This document shows, piece by piece, positions 40,944 through 51,234 of a stretch of DNA of 64,000 nucleotides. A program made the translations under genes and the position numbers. How positions within the stretch are numbered: the stretch's first letter is position 1; every line of letters begins with the position of its first letter. Source of the stretch: an uncultured Bacillales bacterium (GTDB taxonomy: Bacteria > Bacillota_I > Bacilli_A > RF39 > UBA660); NCBI GenBank assembly GCA_947571655.1, contig CANOYR010000002.1:44212-108211 (forward strand), given 5' to 3'. The notes under the pieces were generated by a model that made no database searches, was not told the DNA's origin, and saw only the letters and a program-made list of their open reading frames with translations.

Positions 40944-42905
40944 TTACATACTTGCTTTCATTTCGAATAATAAATCCCGTAATTCCATTGCTCTTTCAAA
41001 ATCAAGGTCTTTTGCTGCTTTCTTCATCTCTTCCTCAACAGCAGCAATTGTTTTTAGTATTTCTTTCTTATCTTGTTTTGTTGGCTTCTTTGATTTTTTA
41101 TTGGATTCTTCGTCAATATTTGAAATTAGGTCACGAACTTCTTTCTCGATTGTTTTTGGAATTATATGATGTTCTTCATTGTATTTCTCTTGAATACTTC
41201 GACGTCTCTTTGTTTCATCGATTGCTTTTTTCATGCTATCTGTAATTTTGTCCCCATACATAATGCAGTGTCCACTTGCATTTCTTGCACAGCGACCAAT
41301 CGTCTGAATTAGACTACGTTCACTTCTTAAGAATCCTTCCTTGTCCGCATCAAGAATTGCAATTAGACTTACCTCTGGAATATCAATTCCTTCCCTTAAT
41401 AAATTAATTCCAACAATACAATCATATTTTCCTAGACGTAAATCACGGATGATTTTCATTCTTTCTAAGGTTTTTACTTCACTATGGAGATATGCTACTT
41501 TGATGTCAATATCTTTTAAATAGTTTGTAAGCTCTTCTGCCATTCGAATAGTTAAAGTGGTGATTAGCGTTCGTTCATTTTTTCCAATTCTTTCTTTAAT
41601 TTCATAAATTAAGTCATCAATTTGGCCTTCTGTTTTACGAACCTCAATCGTTGGATCTAGTAATCCCGTTGGCCGAATAATTTGTTCAATAAATTGATGA
41701 GAAGTACGTTCTAATTCATAATCTCCTGGGGTAGCAGATACATAGATTACTTGATTGATTTTTTTCTCAAACTCGTCAAATTTTAATGGACGATTATCTA
41801 AGGCACTTGGTAATCGAAATCCATACTCTACTAAATTCATTTTTCTCGCTCGATCTCCATTATACATTCCTCTTACCTGTGGAATTGTTACATGAGATTC
41901 ATCAATTACTAAAAGGAAATCTTTCCCGAAGAAATCAATTAGAGTGGTTGGTGTTTCCCCTTCCCCACGTAAAGACATATGCCTAGAGTAATTCTCGATT
42001 CCATGACAGAAGCCCGTTTCTTCTAACATTTCAATATCATAATGTGTTCTTTGTTCTAATCGTTCCATTGCGAGTAGCTTATTATCTTTTTTTAGTTCTA
42101 TTAATCGTTCTTTTAATTCACTTTTAATTCTTTTAATCGCTTCTTTTAATTTATTATCACTTGTTACGAAGTGACTAGCTGGAAAGATACTTAGATTTTT
42201 TTTATTTTGAAGAACCACACCCGTTAAGGCATCAATTTCACTAATTCGATCAATTTCATCCCCAAAGAATTCTATTCGGAATCCCTTGCTACTTTGATAT
42301 GATGGAATTATTTCCAATACATCTCCCTTTACTCGAAAGGTTCCACGCTTAAAATCTAAATCATTTCTTCCATATTGCATTTCCACTAGTTTCACTAGTA
42401 CTTTATTTCTTTCGATATTCTCTCCTACTGATAAAGTTAACATTTTATTTTTATATTCTTCGACTTCACCAATTCCATAAATACAAGAGACACTTGCTAC
42501 AACAATGACATTTTCATCCGATAAAAGAGCACTCGTTGCTGCATGACGAAGCTCATCAATCTCGTCATTGATGGAAGAATCTTTTTCAATATAAGTATCC
42601 GTTGATGGAACATAGGCTTCTGGTTGATAATAGTCATAGTAGCTAACGAAATATTCCACTCTATTATTAGGAAAGAGTTCTTTAAATTCACTATAAAGTT
42701 GTCCTGCTAGTGTTTTGTTATGCGCTAATATTAGAGTTGGTTTATTTACTTCTTTAATAATATTCGCAATGGTAAAGGTTTTTCCTGTACCCGTTGCTCC
42801 TAATAGTACTTGATCTCTTTTTCCCTCTTTAATCCCCTGAACTAGTTTTTCTATTGCCTGTGGTTGGTCCCCACTTGGTTTATATTTTGATACTAAATTG
42901 AACAT
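40944..42905 (-). CDS. uvrB: excinuclease ABC subunit B
   Basis: Canonical UvrB helicase motifs; start placed at [10 protein letters not shown] with RBS AGGAAGTGA. Confidence 0.95.
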   Translation of the reverse strand: MFNLVSKYKPSGDQPQAIEKLVQGIKEGKRDQVLLGATGTGKTFTIANIIKEVNKPTLILAHNKTLAGQLYSEFKELFPNNRVEYFVSYYDYYQPEAYVPSTDTYIEKDSSINDEIDELRHAATSALLSDENVIVVASVSCIYGIGEVEEYKNKMLTLSVGENIERNKVLVKLVEMQYGRNDLDFKRGTFRVKGDVLEIIPSYQSSKGFRIEFFGDEIDRISEIDALTGVVLQNKKNLSIFPASHFVTSDNKLKEAIKRIKSELKERLIELKKDNKLLAMERLEQRTHYDIEMLEETGFCHGIENYSRHMSLRGEGETPTTLIDFFGKDFLLVIDESHVTIPQVRGMYNGDRARKMNLVEYGFRLPSALDNRPLKFDEFEKKINQVIYVSATPGDYELERTSHQFIEQIIRPTGLLDPTIEVRKTEGQIDDLIYEIKERIGKNERTLITTLTIRMAEELTNYLKDIDIKVAYLHSEVKTLERMKIIRDLRLGKYDCIVGINLLREGIDIPEVSLIAILDADKEGFLRSERSLIQTIGRCARNASGHCIMYGDKITDSMKKAIDETKRRRSIQEKYNEEHHIIPKTIEKEVRDLISNIDEESNKKSKKPTKQDKKEILKTIAAVEEEMKKAAKDLDFERAMELRDLLFEMKASM

Positions 42906-43264
42906 ATTATCACTTCCTAATCTTACTATAATCACTATTAATTAAATCACTCGCCTTTAAATGATTATTTCTATTCTTTGGCTATGTTCCTTTTTTCAGG
43001 AGGACAAATTCGTTATTTTTTTATTTTCTGAATAAAAACATCTAGGTAATAATTTCTATAATAAAAAGAGATTTATTGGATTATTTTATCATTTTTATAA
43101 TTAAAAGACAATCGAACAAATTATGATTTTTTAAAAACTACAATTATTCTATTTTTGCAATCTTTTTAAGAGAAAAAAATCTTTAAAAATAGAAAAATTA
43201 TTTATTAATTTTCTTATCATAATGATAATTGTAGAATTATATAATAGTACCATAGGTGATGAAA

Positions 43265-44641
43265 ATGGAGAAAAAATATTTTTTAGGCTTTGCAACAGTT
43301 ATGGCTCTAACTCTTTTTGTCTTTCTTGGGGTTGCTATTACAGAGAGTTTTAAAGGTTCAGAGGTTAAAACAAAAAGTATGGAAGCTACTGTTATGTGGG
43401 CACAAGATGATGAGCTTACTGTACAAGATAGTAACCATATTATTTATACATTTGCAGTCCATGGAGTTCATGCAGAAGCTGGATCCAATATTCAAATTGA
43501 ATATACTGGTTCATTAGATAAGAATAAAAGTGTACAGGAAGGAAAAGTTGTTAATTATCTGACTTCTAAAGTTTCTGTTGATGAAAATGGAATTTCTACT
43601 GATTGGTTAGATAAAGGGATTTTTAGTAATTACTATATTCTGGCTGGAAAAAAGCTAAAGGAAATGTCTTTAGATGAGAAAATTGCACAATTACTTTTGG
43701 TTCGTTATCCTGGTCAAAATGCTGTTGCTGCTTTAAAACAATATCAGTTTGGAGGATATGTCTTCTTTGAAAAAGACTTCAGTGGAAAACTAAAAGAGGA
43801 AGTGGAAGGAATGATGGCTGAACTTCAAGATGCTTCAAAGATTCCTATTTTAACAGCGGTAGATGAAGAAGGAGGAAAGGTTGTCCGAGTTAGTAGTAAT
43901 TCAAATCTTGCTCCTGAGAAATTTAAGTCTTCTAAAGATTTATATGCGGCAGGTGGTTTTGATGCCATTCGTACCGATACAATTAATAAAAGTAATTTAT
44001 TAAAAGACCTTGGAATTAATCTTAATTTAGCACCTGTTGTTGATGTTTCTACCAATCCTAGCGACTATATGTATGAGCGTTCCTTTGGTCAGGGAGTAGA
44101 TTTAACTTCTACTTATGCAAAAACTGTAATTGAATCAAGCAAAGGACTGGGAGTTTCTTATGTGATGAAACATTTTCCTGGGTATGGAAATAATGCAGAT
44201 ACTCATCAAACAGGTACTGTCGATCAACGAACTTATGAGGAAATTTTACAGAATGACTTACCACCATTTAAGTCAGGAATTGATGCTGGAGGAGAGGCCA
44301 TTTTAGTAAGCCATAACACCGTAAATAGTATTGATGCTAGTAATCCCGCTTCCCTTTCACCTAGTGTTCATAATGTGCTTCGTAATGAACTGGGATTTAC
44401 TGGAATTATTATGACTGATGATTTAGCGATGGGTGCTGTTTCTTCTATTGATGATGTTACTGTGAAAGCACTTCTTGCTGGGAATGATATTATTATGACT
44501 ACGGATTATGAAGAAAGTTTTAATTCTATTAAAAGAGCATTAGAAAATGGGACAATTGATGAAAACTTAATAGAAAAGAATGCTTTTCGAATTATTGCTT
44601 GGAAATATTATAAAGGATTAATGTACGAAAATCAAAAATAA
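43265..44641 (+). CDS. secreted or membrane-anchored glycoside hydrolase family 3 (beta-N-acetylhexosaminidase, NagZ/YbbD-like) with extra N-terminal domain
   Basis: N-terminal TM; KHFPGYGNNADTHQTG GH3 catalytic region; start placed at MEKKYF after RBS AGGTGA. Confidence 0.7.
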   Translation: MEKKYFLGFATVMALTLFVFLGVAITESFKGSEVKTKSMEATVMWAQDDELTVQDSNHIIYTFAVHGVHAEAGSNIQIEYTGSLDKNKSVQEGKVVNYLTSKVSVDENGISTDWLDKGIFSNYYILAGKKLKEMSLDEKIAQLLLVRYPGQNAVAALKQYQFGGYVFFEKDFSGKLKEEVEGMMAELQDASKIPILTAVDEEGGKVVRVSSNSNLAPEKFKSSKDLYAAGGFDAIRTDTINKSNLLKDLGINLNLAPVVDVSTNPSDYMYERSFGQGVDLTSTYAKTVIESSKGLGVSYVMKHFPGYGNNADTHQTGTVDQRTYEEILQNDLPPFKSGIDAGGEAILVSHNTVNSIDASNPASLSPSVHNVLRNELGFTGIIMTDDLAMGAVSSIDDVTVKALLAGNDIIMTTDYEESFNSIKRALENGTIDENLIEKNAFRIIAWKYYKGLMYENQK

Positions 44642-44644
44642 AAA

Positions 44645-44704
44645 GACACTAGTTATTTCAGATACCGTTTCTTGTTGGAAACGTTTCTGATTCTAGTGTT
44701 TTTT
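44645..44704. terminator. long bidirectional terminator hairpin between the GH3 gene and the M23 peptidase gene
   Basis: Nested inverted repeats ACACTAG...CTAGTGT and CGTTTC...GAAACG followed by TTTTTT. Confidence 0.6.
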
Positions 44705-44732
44705 CTATTTAGATTCTTATTGTCAAAATATC

Positions 44733-45932
44733 TTATCTACTTGTCCATGTCTGATAGGTTTTGTTTGGGAAATTAATAACACTTTCTGCTCCTTTAAATC
44801 CTGATTTATACTGCTTGTTTACAAACCTTACATATTCATCCCATCCTTCGCATTCCTTGTCCACATAAAGTCTACATGGCCATAACTCTAAATGGAGATG
44901 AACTCCCGTTACAAATCCTGTATCACCCATGTATCCGAGAATTGTATTTGGTGTTACTTCCATATTTTTGTATATATTTCCATATCTACTGAGATGTGCA
45001 TAAATTGCTGTATAATATTTTCCATCTCTTCCTCGATATTCAATATTGACATTATTGGCACCATTCTTATCTTTCCAAATAGAGGTAATTCTCCCATATC
45101 CAACAGAATATAATGGTGTATTTCTTCCAAGGGAACTTCCCATATCTAGCCCCCTATGAAGGCTCCCCCAACGATATCCAATAAAACTCGTAATATAACC
45201 TGTTTTGATTGGTCTTGAGAATTGACCATTCGACGAAGAAACTGCACAGTCTTTTCCAATCACATCACTTCGGTTCTTACATCCTTGTGCTTTATAGGAT
45301 TCAACTAATTCTCTTTTCGTTTTAACCTCCTGTTCTAAGCCTGGTGAGAGTTCCCCTAGTTTTGAAACAGAATTTGTCAATTTCCCAATTTCAGCATTTA
45401 GATTACTGATTTTGTTTTCATATTCCTTTTCTTTATTTGCAAGGTCTACTTTTCTTTGTTCATTTGCTTTAATTAAATTTTCTAATTCTTCCATTACTTT
45501 TTCATTGTATTCTGTAATTTGTTCTACAATAGAAAGGCGATATACTAAATCAGTAATAGATTCTCCCCCAAAAACATATTCTAGGTAAATATTCTCCCCT
45601 TGACTCATTTGATAATAACTAATTACATCTTTCGTTTGTTGTCTTCTTTCTGCAATACTAATGTTGGATTCTGCGATTTGTTGTTGTAGTTCATTGGTTT
45701 CTACTCCCATTGCTTCTATTTCACTTTTTAGTTTCCTAATGGTTTCGCTGTCTGCATTAATTTGATTCTGACTATTATTGATTGATTGGTTGTTATCCTT
45801 TAATTTTTTTTCTGCTTTTGCTAAATCATCTTGAAATTGACCAAACGTAACTTCTTCTGCTAAAACAGAAATTGGTAACATCATTACAAATGTACATAAA
45901 ACTGTAATACTACTTAATATTTTCTTTCTCAT
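44733..45932 (-). CDS. coiled-coil M23 family metallopeptidase (PcsB/EnvC-like FtsEX-associated hydrolase)
   Basis: Signal peptide, ~200-aa coiled coil, C-terminal LytM/M23 domain (HRGLD...HLHLE); immediately downstream of ftsEX. Confidence 0.75.
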   Translation of the reverse strand: MRKKILSSITVLCTFVMMLPISVLAEEVTFGQFQDDLAKAEKKLKDNNQSINNSQNQINADSETIRKLKSEIEAMGVETNELQQQIAESNISIAERRQQTKDVISYYQMSQGENIYLEYVFGGESITDLVYRLSIVEQITEYNEKVMEELENLIKANEQRKVDLANKEKEYENKISNLNAEIGKLTNSVSKLGELSPGLEQEVKTKRELVESYKAQGCKNRSDVIGKDCAVSSSNGQFSRPIKTGYITSFIGYRWGSLHRGLDMGSSLGRNTPLYSVGYGRITSIWKDKNGANNVNIEYRGRDGKYYTAIYAHLSRYGNIYKNMEVTPNTILGYMGDTGFVTGVHLHLELWPCRLYVDKECEGWDEYVRFVNKQYKSGFKGAESVINFPNKTYQTWTSR

Positions 45933-46834
45933 ACTTTTAAATACTTCCTTACTGCTCGATAACTACCAATCATACCCACAAGCATACCAATCGCTAGTAT
46001 AATTAAGGATACCATGTAAACAAATGGCTCAGGTTTAATTAATTGGATTAGAGGTGAGAATATCTGTCCTCCGAAATGTTTATATAAAGCGTAGTATCCA
46101 TAAATGACGAGAATGATTGGAATAATGGCCCCGAAAATTCCTAATACCATTCCTTCTACTACAAATGGCATTTTTATTGAAAAGTTGCTTGCACCAACTA
46201 CTCGCATAATGGAAATTTCTCTTTTTCTTGAGAAAATCGTCAATTTGATTGTATTAATAATTAAAAATACAGTTACTAAGATTAATAGTACAATCGCTAG
46301 AATAGTGCCTTTTTCTATCATTTTGAATGCAGATAAAAATTTGTTTACCATAGTTTCTCCATAGTTTACAGAGTCAATTCCTTCTATTTTTTCTATCATA
46401 TTCGCAGTTTCTGCGATTTGTTCTATCTCTTTTACCTTGATTTGAAAGGTATCTTTTAATGGATTTTCTGTTTCTTCCCATTCTTTCATTGTTGCTTCTA
46501 ACATACTCGAAGAGGCTTGCATCTCTTCCCTTAATTGTGTTTTGGATTTATAATCAATCGTCGCAATATTTTCCATTTGATCTAGTTTTGCTCGAATGAT
46601 ACCTAGTTCATTTTCTTGGACTTCTCTTTTCACAAATACTACAATTGTTACATCTTCTTTAATGACTTTTGTAAAATTATTCACATTTAAGGATGCCATT
46701 ATTCCAATCGCTACAATAATCAAAGTAATACTAATACAAGAAATAGAGGCTAGAGATAAGGAAAAATTTCGAATTACACTTTTAAAGGCATCTCGAATAC
46801 TTCTAAAAAACATTCTAAATGGCTTCATCATCAT
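45929..46834 (-). CDS. ftsX: cell division permease FtsX
   Basis: 4-TM FtsX topology with large extracellular loop; overlaps ftsE. Confidence 0.85.
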   Translation of the reverse strand: MMMKPFRMFFRSIRDAFKSVIRNFSLSLASISCISITLIIVAIGIMASLNVNNFTKVIKEDVTIVVFVKREVQENELGIIRAKLDQMENIATIDYKSKTQLREEMQASSSMLEATMKEWEETENPLKDTFQIKVKEIEQIAETANMIEKIEGIDSVNYGETMVNKFLSAFKMIEKGTILAIVLLILVTVFLIINTIKLTIFSRKREISIMRVVGASNFSIKMPFVVEGMVLGIFGAIIPIILVIYGYYALYKHFGGQIFSPLIQLIKPEPFVYMVSLIILAIGMLVGMIGSYRAVRKYLKV

Positions 46835-47513
46835 ACTCCCCTTTCTCTACATCCTTTACAAGACGACCTTCTTTTAAGATGACTACTCTTTTTTTCATTC
46901 GATTCACTATTTCTCTATCATGAGTTGCCATTACAACCGTCGTCCCTAAAGTAGTATTAATGGTATTTAATACTTTCATAATTTCAATACTCTTTTCTGG
47001 ATCTAGGTTTCCAGTTGGCTCATCACAAAGAAGGATTTTAGGCTCGTTGACGATTGCCCTTGCAATTGCCACTCTTTGTTGTTCCCCACCAGATAATTGA
47101 TCTGGGTACTGACGTACTTTTCCTTTTAATCCTACGAGTTCTAAAGCACGTAATACTTTTTTGTTAATTTCTTCCCTTGGAGCACCAATTACTTCTAAGG
47201 CAAAGGCAACATTTTCATAAACTGTTGATTTTGTAAGAAGTCGATAGTCTTGGAATACAATTCCCAGTTTTCTTCTTAATTTATAGACCCTACTATTTCG
47301 TAATCTCGCAACATTTAAACCACCTACAATAATTTCCCCCTTTGTAGGCTTTACTTCCCTATATAACATTTTAATTAATGTAGATTTACCACAACCTGTT
47401 CCACCGATGATAAATACAAAGTCTCCTCTTTTTATTTTCAACTCAAGGTCGTAAATTGCCATAACACCATTTTTGTATTGCATACTAACATTTCTTATTC
47501 TTATTAATTCCAT
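46815..47513 (-). CDS. ftsE: cell division ATP-binding protein FtsE
   Basis: ABC ATPase with Walker A GGTGCGKST, signature LSGGEQQR and Walker B. Confidence 0.9.
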   Translation of the reverse strand: MELIRIRNVSMQYKNGVMAIYDLELKIKRGDFVFIIGGTGCGKSTLIKMLYREVKPTKGEIIVGGLNVARLRNSRVYKLRRKLGIVFQDYRLLTKSTVYENVAFALEVIGAPREEINKKVLRALELVGLKGKVRQYPDQLSGGEQQRVAIARAIVNEPKILLCDEPTGNLDPEKSIEIMKVLNTINTTLGTTVVMATHDREIVNRMKKRVVILKEGRLVKDVEKGEYDDEAI

Positions 47514-47680
47514 TTTTTACCACCTTTCTTGTTTACTCTCACCAATATTTTTATATACAGTATTATAACACTTATTTCGACATTTTTATAGCATTTTTAC
47601 AAAAGTAATCAATGCCTTACAAAAGTAATCATTTGATTTGACATTTTTATAGATGAAAATAGTACATAATTTTTTAATAA

Positions 47681-47697
47681 CTTTTTATAAATTCTTA
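47681..47697. repeat. left copy of candidate att core direct repeat (CTTTTTATAAATTCTTA); overlaps the int stop codon
   Basis: 16/17 identity with 57304..57320. Extended similarity of ~25/28 with flanks AATAACTTTTTATAAATTCTTATATGCC versus AATTATCTTTTTATAAGTTCTTAAATGTC. Confidence 0.45.
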
Positions 47698-49011
47698 TAT
47701 GCCACTATAACTTGGTTTTACAAGGGTTTGTGGCTTTTCTTGTTTTGGAAGATTCTCACATATATTCTCATAATTTCTTATATTTTCGCTTTCAAAAGTA
47801 GTAAAAAAGTAGTAAATTTCACTTTTTAATACTCTTTCCATTTCGATCTTTGCTGATTCTGAATTTACGTGTGCGTAGTAACTTAATGTTATAAGAATAT
47901 TAGAGTGTCCCATAATATATTGTAATGCTTTTGGATTCATTCCTGAATTAGCCATTTTAGTACAGAATGTATGCCTTAGGCTATGAGGTGTTGTTTTATG
48001 TGGTAATGATTCTGTGTGGCATTCATTGTATTTAGAAACTAGACCACGAAATACGTTAGCATAATCTCTTGCTATTCTTGGAAGTCCATTTCGATTTAGA
48101 AATACAAAGTTGCTATATTCGTCAATAACAATAGATTTAATATTCTTCCTATTTGCTATAATTCGTTTTAATGCTTGAAAACACTTATCACTCATAGGTA
48201 CTTTTCTAACTCCTGCATCTGTTTTAGGTGTTTCAATGTAATAACCTTGTTTATTTTTTAATAATTGGTGATCGATATTGATTTCACGATTCGTAAAATC
48301 CAAATCTGTTTCTGTTAATCCACACAATTCAGATGCCCTTAAACCTGTTTCAAGAAATACTATTATATCGTCTACATACTTATAATAGATTTTACTATTT
48401 TTCATAAACTCTAATAAGTTATGTTCTTGTAATGGTGTAAGTGGAACTCTAGACTCTGTATCGTCGTCGATTATGTCCTTAAGTTTAAACTTAAATGGAT
48501 TCTTCCTTATGCAGTCGTCTTCTATCGCCATATAAAATATAGCTTTTAAAGACCTTTGATCGTTCTTAATGACTTGATACGGAGTACCCTTTAATTTCAT
48601 TCGTATAGCCCATTCTTTAGCATCTGACGGCTTTACATTCTCAATAGCACATACTCCAAGTTTGTCTTCTTTTAGGGATTTTAAAAGCCTTTCTCGTCCT
48701 ACTTTTGTATTATCTCGTACATTAGAGTGGATTCTGATATATTTCTCGTAAAGATCACAGACAGTCATTTTTTTACCTGTAGAGTCTATTCCATCGAATA
48801 AGTCTTTTTGTAATGCTTCTTCTTTTTCCCTTAATGATAAATCTTCTCTTTTTCCTTTTGGTAATTTATCTAGTGGTGTAAGCTTCCAAGCATACAAAAA
48901 TTTTGGCTTCCCGAAATTATCAATATATTTATAAGCATATCTTCCGTCTTTTCTTTGGCTCTCTCCATTTTGTAGTATACGTCCTTTTTTATCTCTTCTT
49001 TTTTCTGACAT
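47695..49011 (-). CDS. int: tyrosine site-specific integrase (Tn916 Int-like, with N-terminal arm-binding domain)
   Basis: C-terminal catalytic residues (R...HSLRHTF...ILITLSYY with Tyr). N-terminus KKGRILQNGESQRKDGRYAYKY is typical of the ICE/Tn916 Int N-domain. Start placed at MSEKRRD with RBS AAAGGAG. Confidence 0.85.
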   Translation of the reverse strand: MSEKRRDKKGRILQNGESQRKDGRYAYKYIDNFGKPKFLYAWKLTPLDKLPKGKREDLSLREKEEALQKDLFDGIDSTGKKMTVCDLYEKYIRIHSNVRDNTKVGRERLLKSLKEDKLGVCAIENVKPSDAKEWAIRMKLKGTPYQVIKNDQRSLKAIFYMAIEDDCIRKNPFKFKLKDIIDDDTESRVPLTPLQEHNLLEFMKNSKIYYKYVDDIIVFLETGLRASELCGLTETDLDFTNREINIDHQLLKNKQGYYIETPKTDAGVRKVPMSDKCFQALKRIIANRKNIKSIVIDEYSNFVFLNRNGLPRIARDYANVFRGLVSKYNECHTESLPHKTTPHSLRHTFCTKMANSGMNPKALQYIMGHSNILITLSYYAHVNSESAKIEMERVLKSEIYYFFTTFESENIRNYENICENLPKQEKPQTLVKPSYSGI

Positions 49012-49083
49012 ATATTTTGCTCCTTTCAATTAGAAAGAGCCTTGATATGCAATATCATTATATCACAAACAAGGCTCATTTTT

Positions 49084-49308
49084 CTATATCGCATTTAAAG
49101 AATCTATTATTTTTTCTAATTGCTTTCTTTTTATTTGAATTCGATTCCCATTCATTAGCACCCAACTAGAATTGAGATTTGCTTCTGCTAACTTGCGAAG
49201 TTTATTCTCGCCTATACGAAAATACTTTGATGCCTCTTCAATAGTAAGTGTATATTTTTCACTTATAGGAACATCATTGTTATTTGATCTATAAAATTCT
49301 TTTTGCAT
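49084..49308 (-). CDS. xis: excisionase / small HTH DNA-binding protein (Xis-like)
   Basis: 74 aa immediately upstream of int; MerR-like HTH ([20 protein letters not shown]). Start placed at the second Met for RBS spacing. Confidence 0.65.
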   Translation of the reverse strand: MQKEFYRSNNNDVPISEKYTLTIEEASKYFRIGENKLRKLAEANLNSSWVLMNGNRIQIKRKQLEKIIDSLNAI

Positions 49309-49336
49309 TAGAACCATTTCCTTTCATTTTAAAATT

Positions 49337-50335
49337 TTAATCATAATCAGAATTTAAGTAAGAAAATTCTCTGTATTCTTCCATAGTCATTTCTTTTGTT
49401 AAGAATTTGTCATTTTCCTTATAGTGGTAGACTATAAGATTTATTCTTCTTTTTAATTGATCGTAAGTATCACTTTTAAATAAATACATTTGTTTATATA
49501 ATACATCAGGTGGAAATATACTTGTTATATGTACTTCATTCCAAAGGCAAAAACTATTAGTGTAGCGACTATGAATCTGTGTTTTATAGCCCTCTATCAT
49601 AGTCAGAAGTAAGGTATAAGGTAGGCTTTCACTTCGTAGCTCATCCATAAAGAGTATAGGTTCTCCATTATATTTGTCTATAAAACCATTCGTATATTCA
49701 CTTACTCTGTAAATATTTTCTTCTCCATATTCTTCGGCTAATTTTATGTATGTATAACTTTTACCTGTCCCAGCCTTTCCATAATGCCAATATACTCTGA
49801 CATCTCTTTTAGGTGGAGTTTCTTTATATCTTTTTCGGTAGTATGCATCTTTAGTAATTTTTTCAAATTTTCTATATGCAAGTGATATATCAAAAATTTC
49901 ATTCGGAGTTAGACCTTGTTCGATCAATTCTTCGATAGCTTCTATGTCGTTTCGTTTTCCTTGCTTTCCTTGGATATCTCCACAATATTTTATTAAAAGT
50001 ACTTTTTCGCCTTTTTCTTCATATTTCCCACGTTTGTTTATGTAATCGTCTGCCTGTTGCTTATTTCCTTTTGTAGGCTGAATATTCATACCATTAAATA
50101 GCTTTTTGATCCCAGAGAATCTAATGCTTTTCTTATCTTCTAGTACACAATGTAGGTGTTTTAATCCCTTTGCTGAAATGCAATAAGCAACTGCACAGGT
50201 TCTTTGTGGATTATCTTTAGTCCATATTTCGATAACTTTATCTACTATTTCTTCTGGTGTACCCTCGAATCCGTGTAATTCAGGATTATTAAATTCGCAA
50301 AACCAAGATTTACTAGGCTCATTTTTAAATTCCAT
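49337..50335 (-). CDS. rep: replication initiator / relaxase-like Rep with N-terminal HUH endonuclease motifs and C-terminal SF3 helicase
   Basis: Motif I-like FCEFNN, motif II HLHCVL, motif III YINKRGK. SF3 Walker A GKAGTGKS, Walker B ILFMDEL and motif C LWNEVHITS. RBS AAGGAGG. Confidence 0.65.
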   Translation of the reverse strand: MEFKNEPSKSWFCEFNNPELHGFEGTPEEIVDKVIEIWTKDNPQRTCAVAYCISAKGLKHLHCVLEDKKSIRFSGIKKLFNGMNIQPTKGNKQQADDYINKRGKYEEKGEKVLLIKYCGDIQGKQGKRNDIEAIEELIEQGLTPNEIFDISLAYRKFEKITKDAYYRKRYKETPPKRDVRVYWHYGKAGTGKSYTYIKLAEEYGEENIYRVSEYTNGFIDKYNGEPILFMDELRSESLPYTLLLTMIEGYKTQIHSRYTNSFCLWNEVHITSIFPPDVLYKQMYLFKSDTYDQLKRRINLIVYHYKENDKFLTKEMTMEEYREFSYLNSDYD

Positions 50336-50480
50336 AGTGTTTTAACCTCCTTGTATCAACATTAGATACATCGTTTTTTTTTGATTTTTCAACGATTCAT
50401 TAGCAATTTGTATCTGTATCGAAGTCGGGGGCAATGCTAACCCCTCCTTTACGGTGGCTTTCGCTACGCTTCGCCACCGT
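50336..50480. other. structured GC-rich intergenic region between the FtsK-like and Rep genes (candidate oriT / nick site / dso)
   Basis: Hairpins CATCGTT...AACGAT, GGGGG...CCCCTCC and CGGTGGC-N14-GCCACCG (overlapping the 3' end of the upstream ORF). This island stands out in an otherwise ~25% GC element. Confidence 0.4.
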
Positions 50481-51234
50481 CTATTGGTTTTGATAATGCT
50501 TCTATACAAATTTCTTTTATACGTTCCATATCATTAACTTGTCCTATTTTGATAAAGTGTAGATCAGCACTCTGTAATAAAACTGCACCCTCGCCACGAT
50601 TAAATTCTTTCTTTTTTATTTGTTCCAAATGATCGGGCATAAGCATTTCATATATCGATTTCCCAACACCTAAAATTATAACTATTCCATAATTTAATCT
50701 CGATCCAACAGGGAAAGCCACAGCATCAGGTCGCTGACAAGAGCATACAAGCCTTATAGATTTAGACCTACCCATTAAAAGTATTTCGCTAACATCATTC
50801 ATAACTTTTTTAGCCCTTGTTTTATCTTCATTCATAAGAGCAAGTATATTTGCCATATATTCGTCCCATATAAAAGTGATAGGGTGGCGTGTCTTGTCTT
50901 TTCCTGACATTCTATCATTTAACCTATTGTGAACTATTTCCAATAACTCCGTTGTTTGTTTGAAAGAACGATAACGGGGAGTGCCACGCAAACATTCGAA
51001 CATATCGTCAGCTTTGTAATCGGCAAAATAGTATTCCCCTGACGGATCAGCCAAAATTAGCTTTGTTAGTAACCCGAATTCAGCAAATGACTTACCCGAT
51101 CCACTCATTCCCGATAATAGAATATGGGAATTTGTTCGTGGCGAAATATCAACATTTATTTCTTTTTTAATTCCAAAGTTTTTCCAATATTCCAAATCAT
51201 AGCCCAAAGTTAAGGTATTACTAGATTCTGTCAT
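50464..51234 (-). CDS. FtsK/SpoIIIE/TcpA-family DNA translocase ATPase domain protein (coupling-protein-like)
   Basis: Walker A GMSGSGKS and a downstream FtsK-like motor region. It has its own RBS AAAGGAGAA and ATG, overlapping the upstream membrane ORF by 14 nt. Confidence 0.65.
   Translation of the reverse strand: MTESSNTLTLGYDLEYWKNFGIKKEINVDISPRTNSHILLSGMSGSGKSFAEFGLLTKLILADPSGEYYFADYKADDMFECLRGTPRYRSFKQTTELLEIVHNRLNDRMSGKDKTRHPITFIWDEYMANILALMNEDKTRAKKVMNDVSEILLMGRSKSIRLVCSCQRPDAVAFPVGSRLNYGIVIILGVGKSIYEMLMPDHLEQIKKKEFNRGEGAVLLQSADLHFIKIGQVNDMERIKEICIEALSKPIDGGEA

Noticed and set aside
43100-43140. Possible LexA/DinR box upstream of uvrB (CGAACAAATTATG)
   Set aside because: Only one GAAC half-site and no matching GTTC half; does not fit CGAAC-N4-GTTCG.
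50400-50480. GC-rich segment as a possible tRNA or other RNA gene
   Set aside because: No cloverleaf: no acceptor/T-arm complementarity and no GTTC-like T-loop. Interpreted instead as origin-like hairpins.
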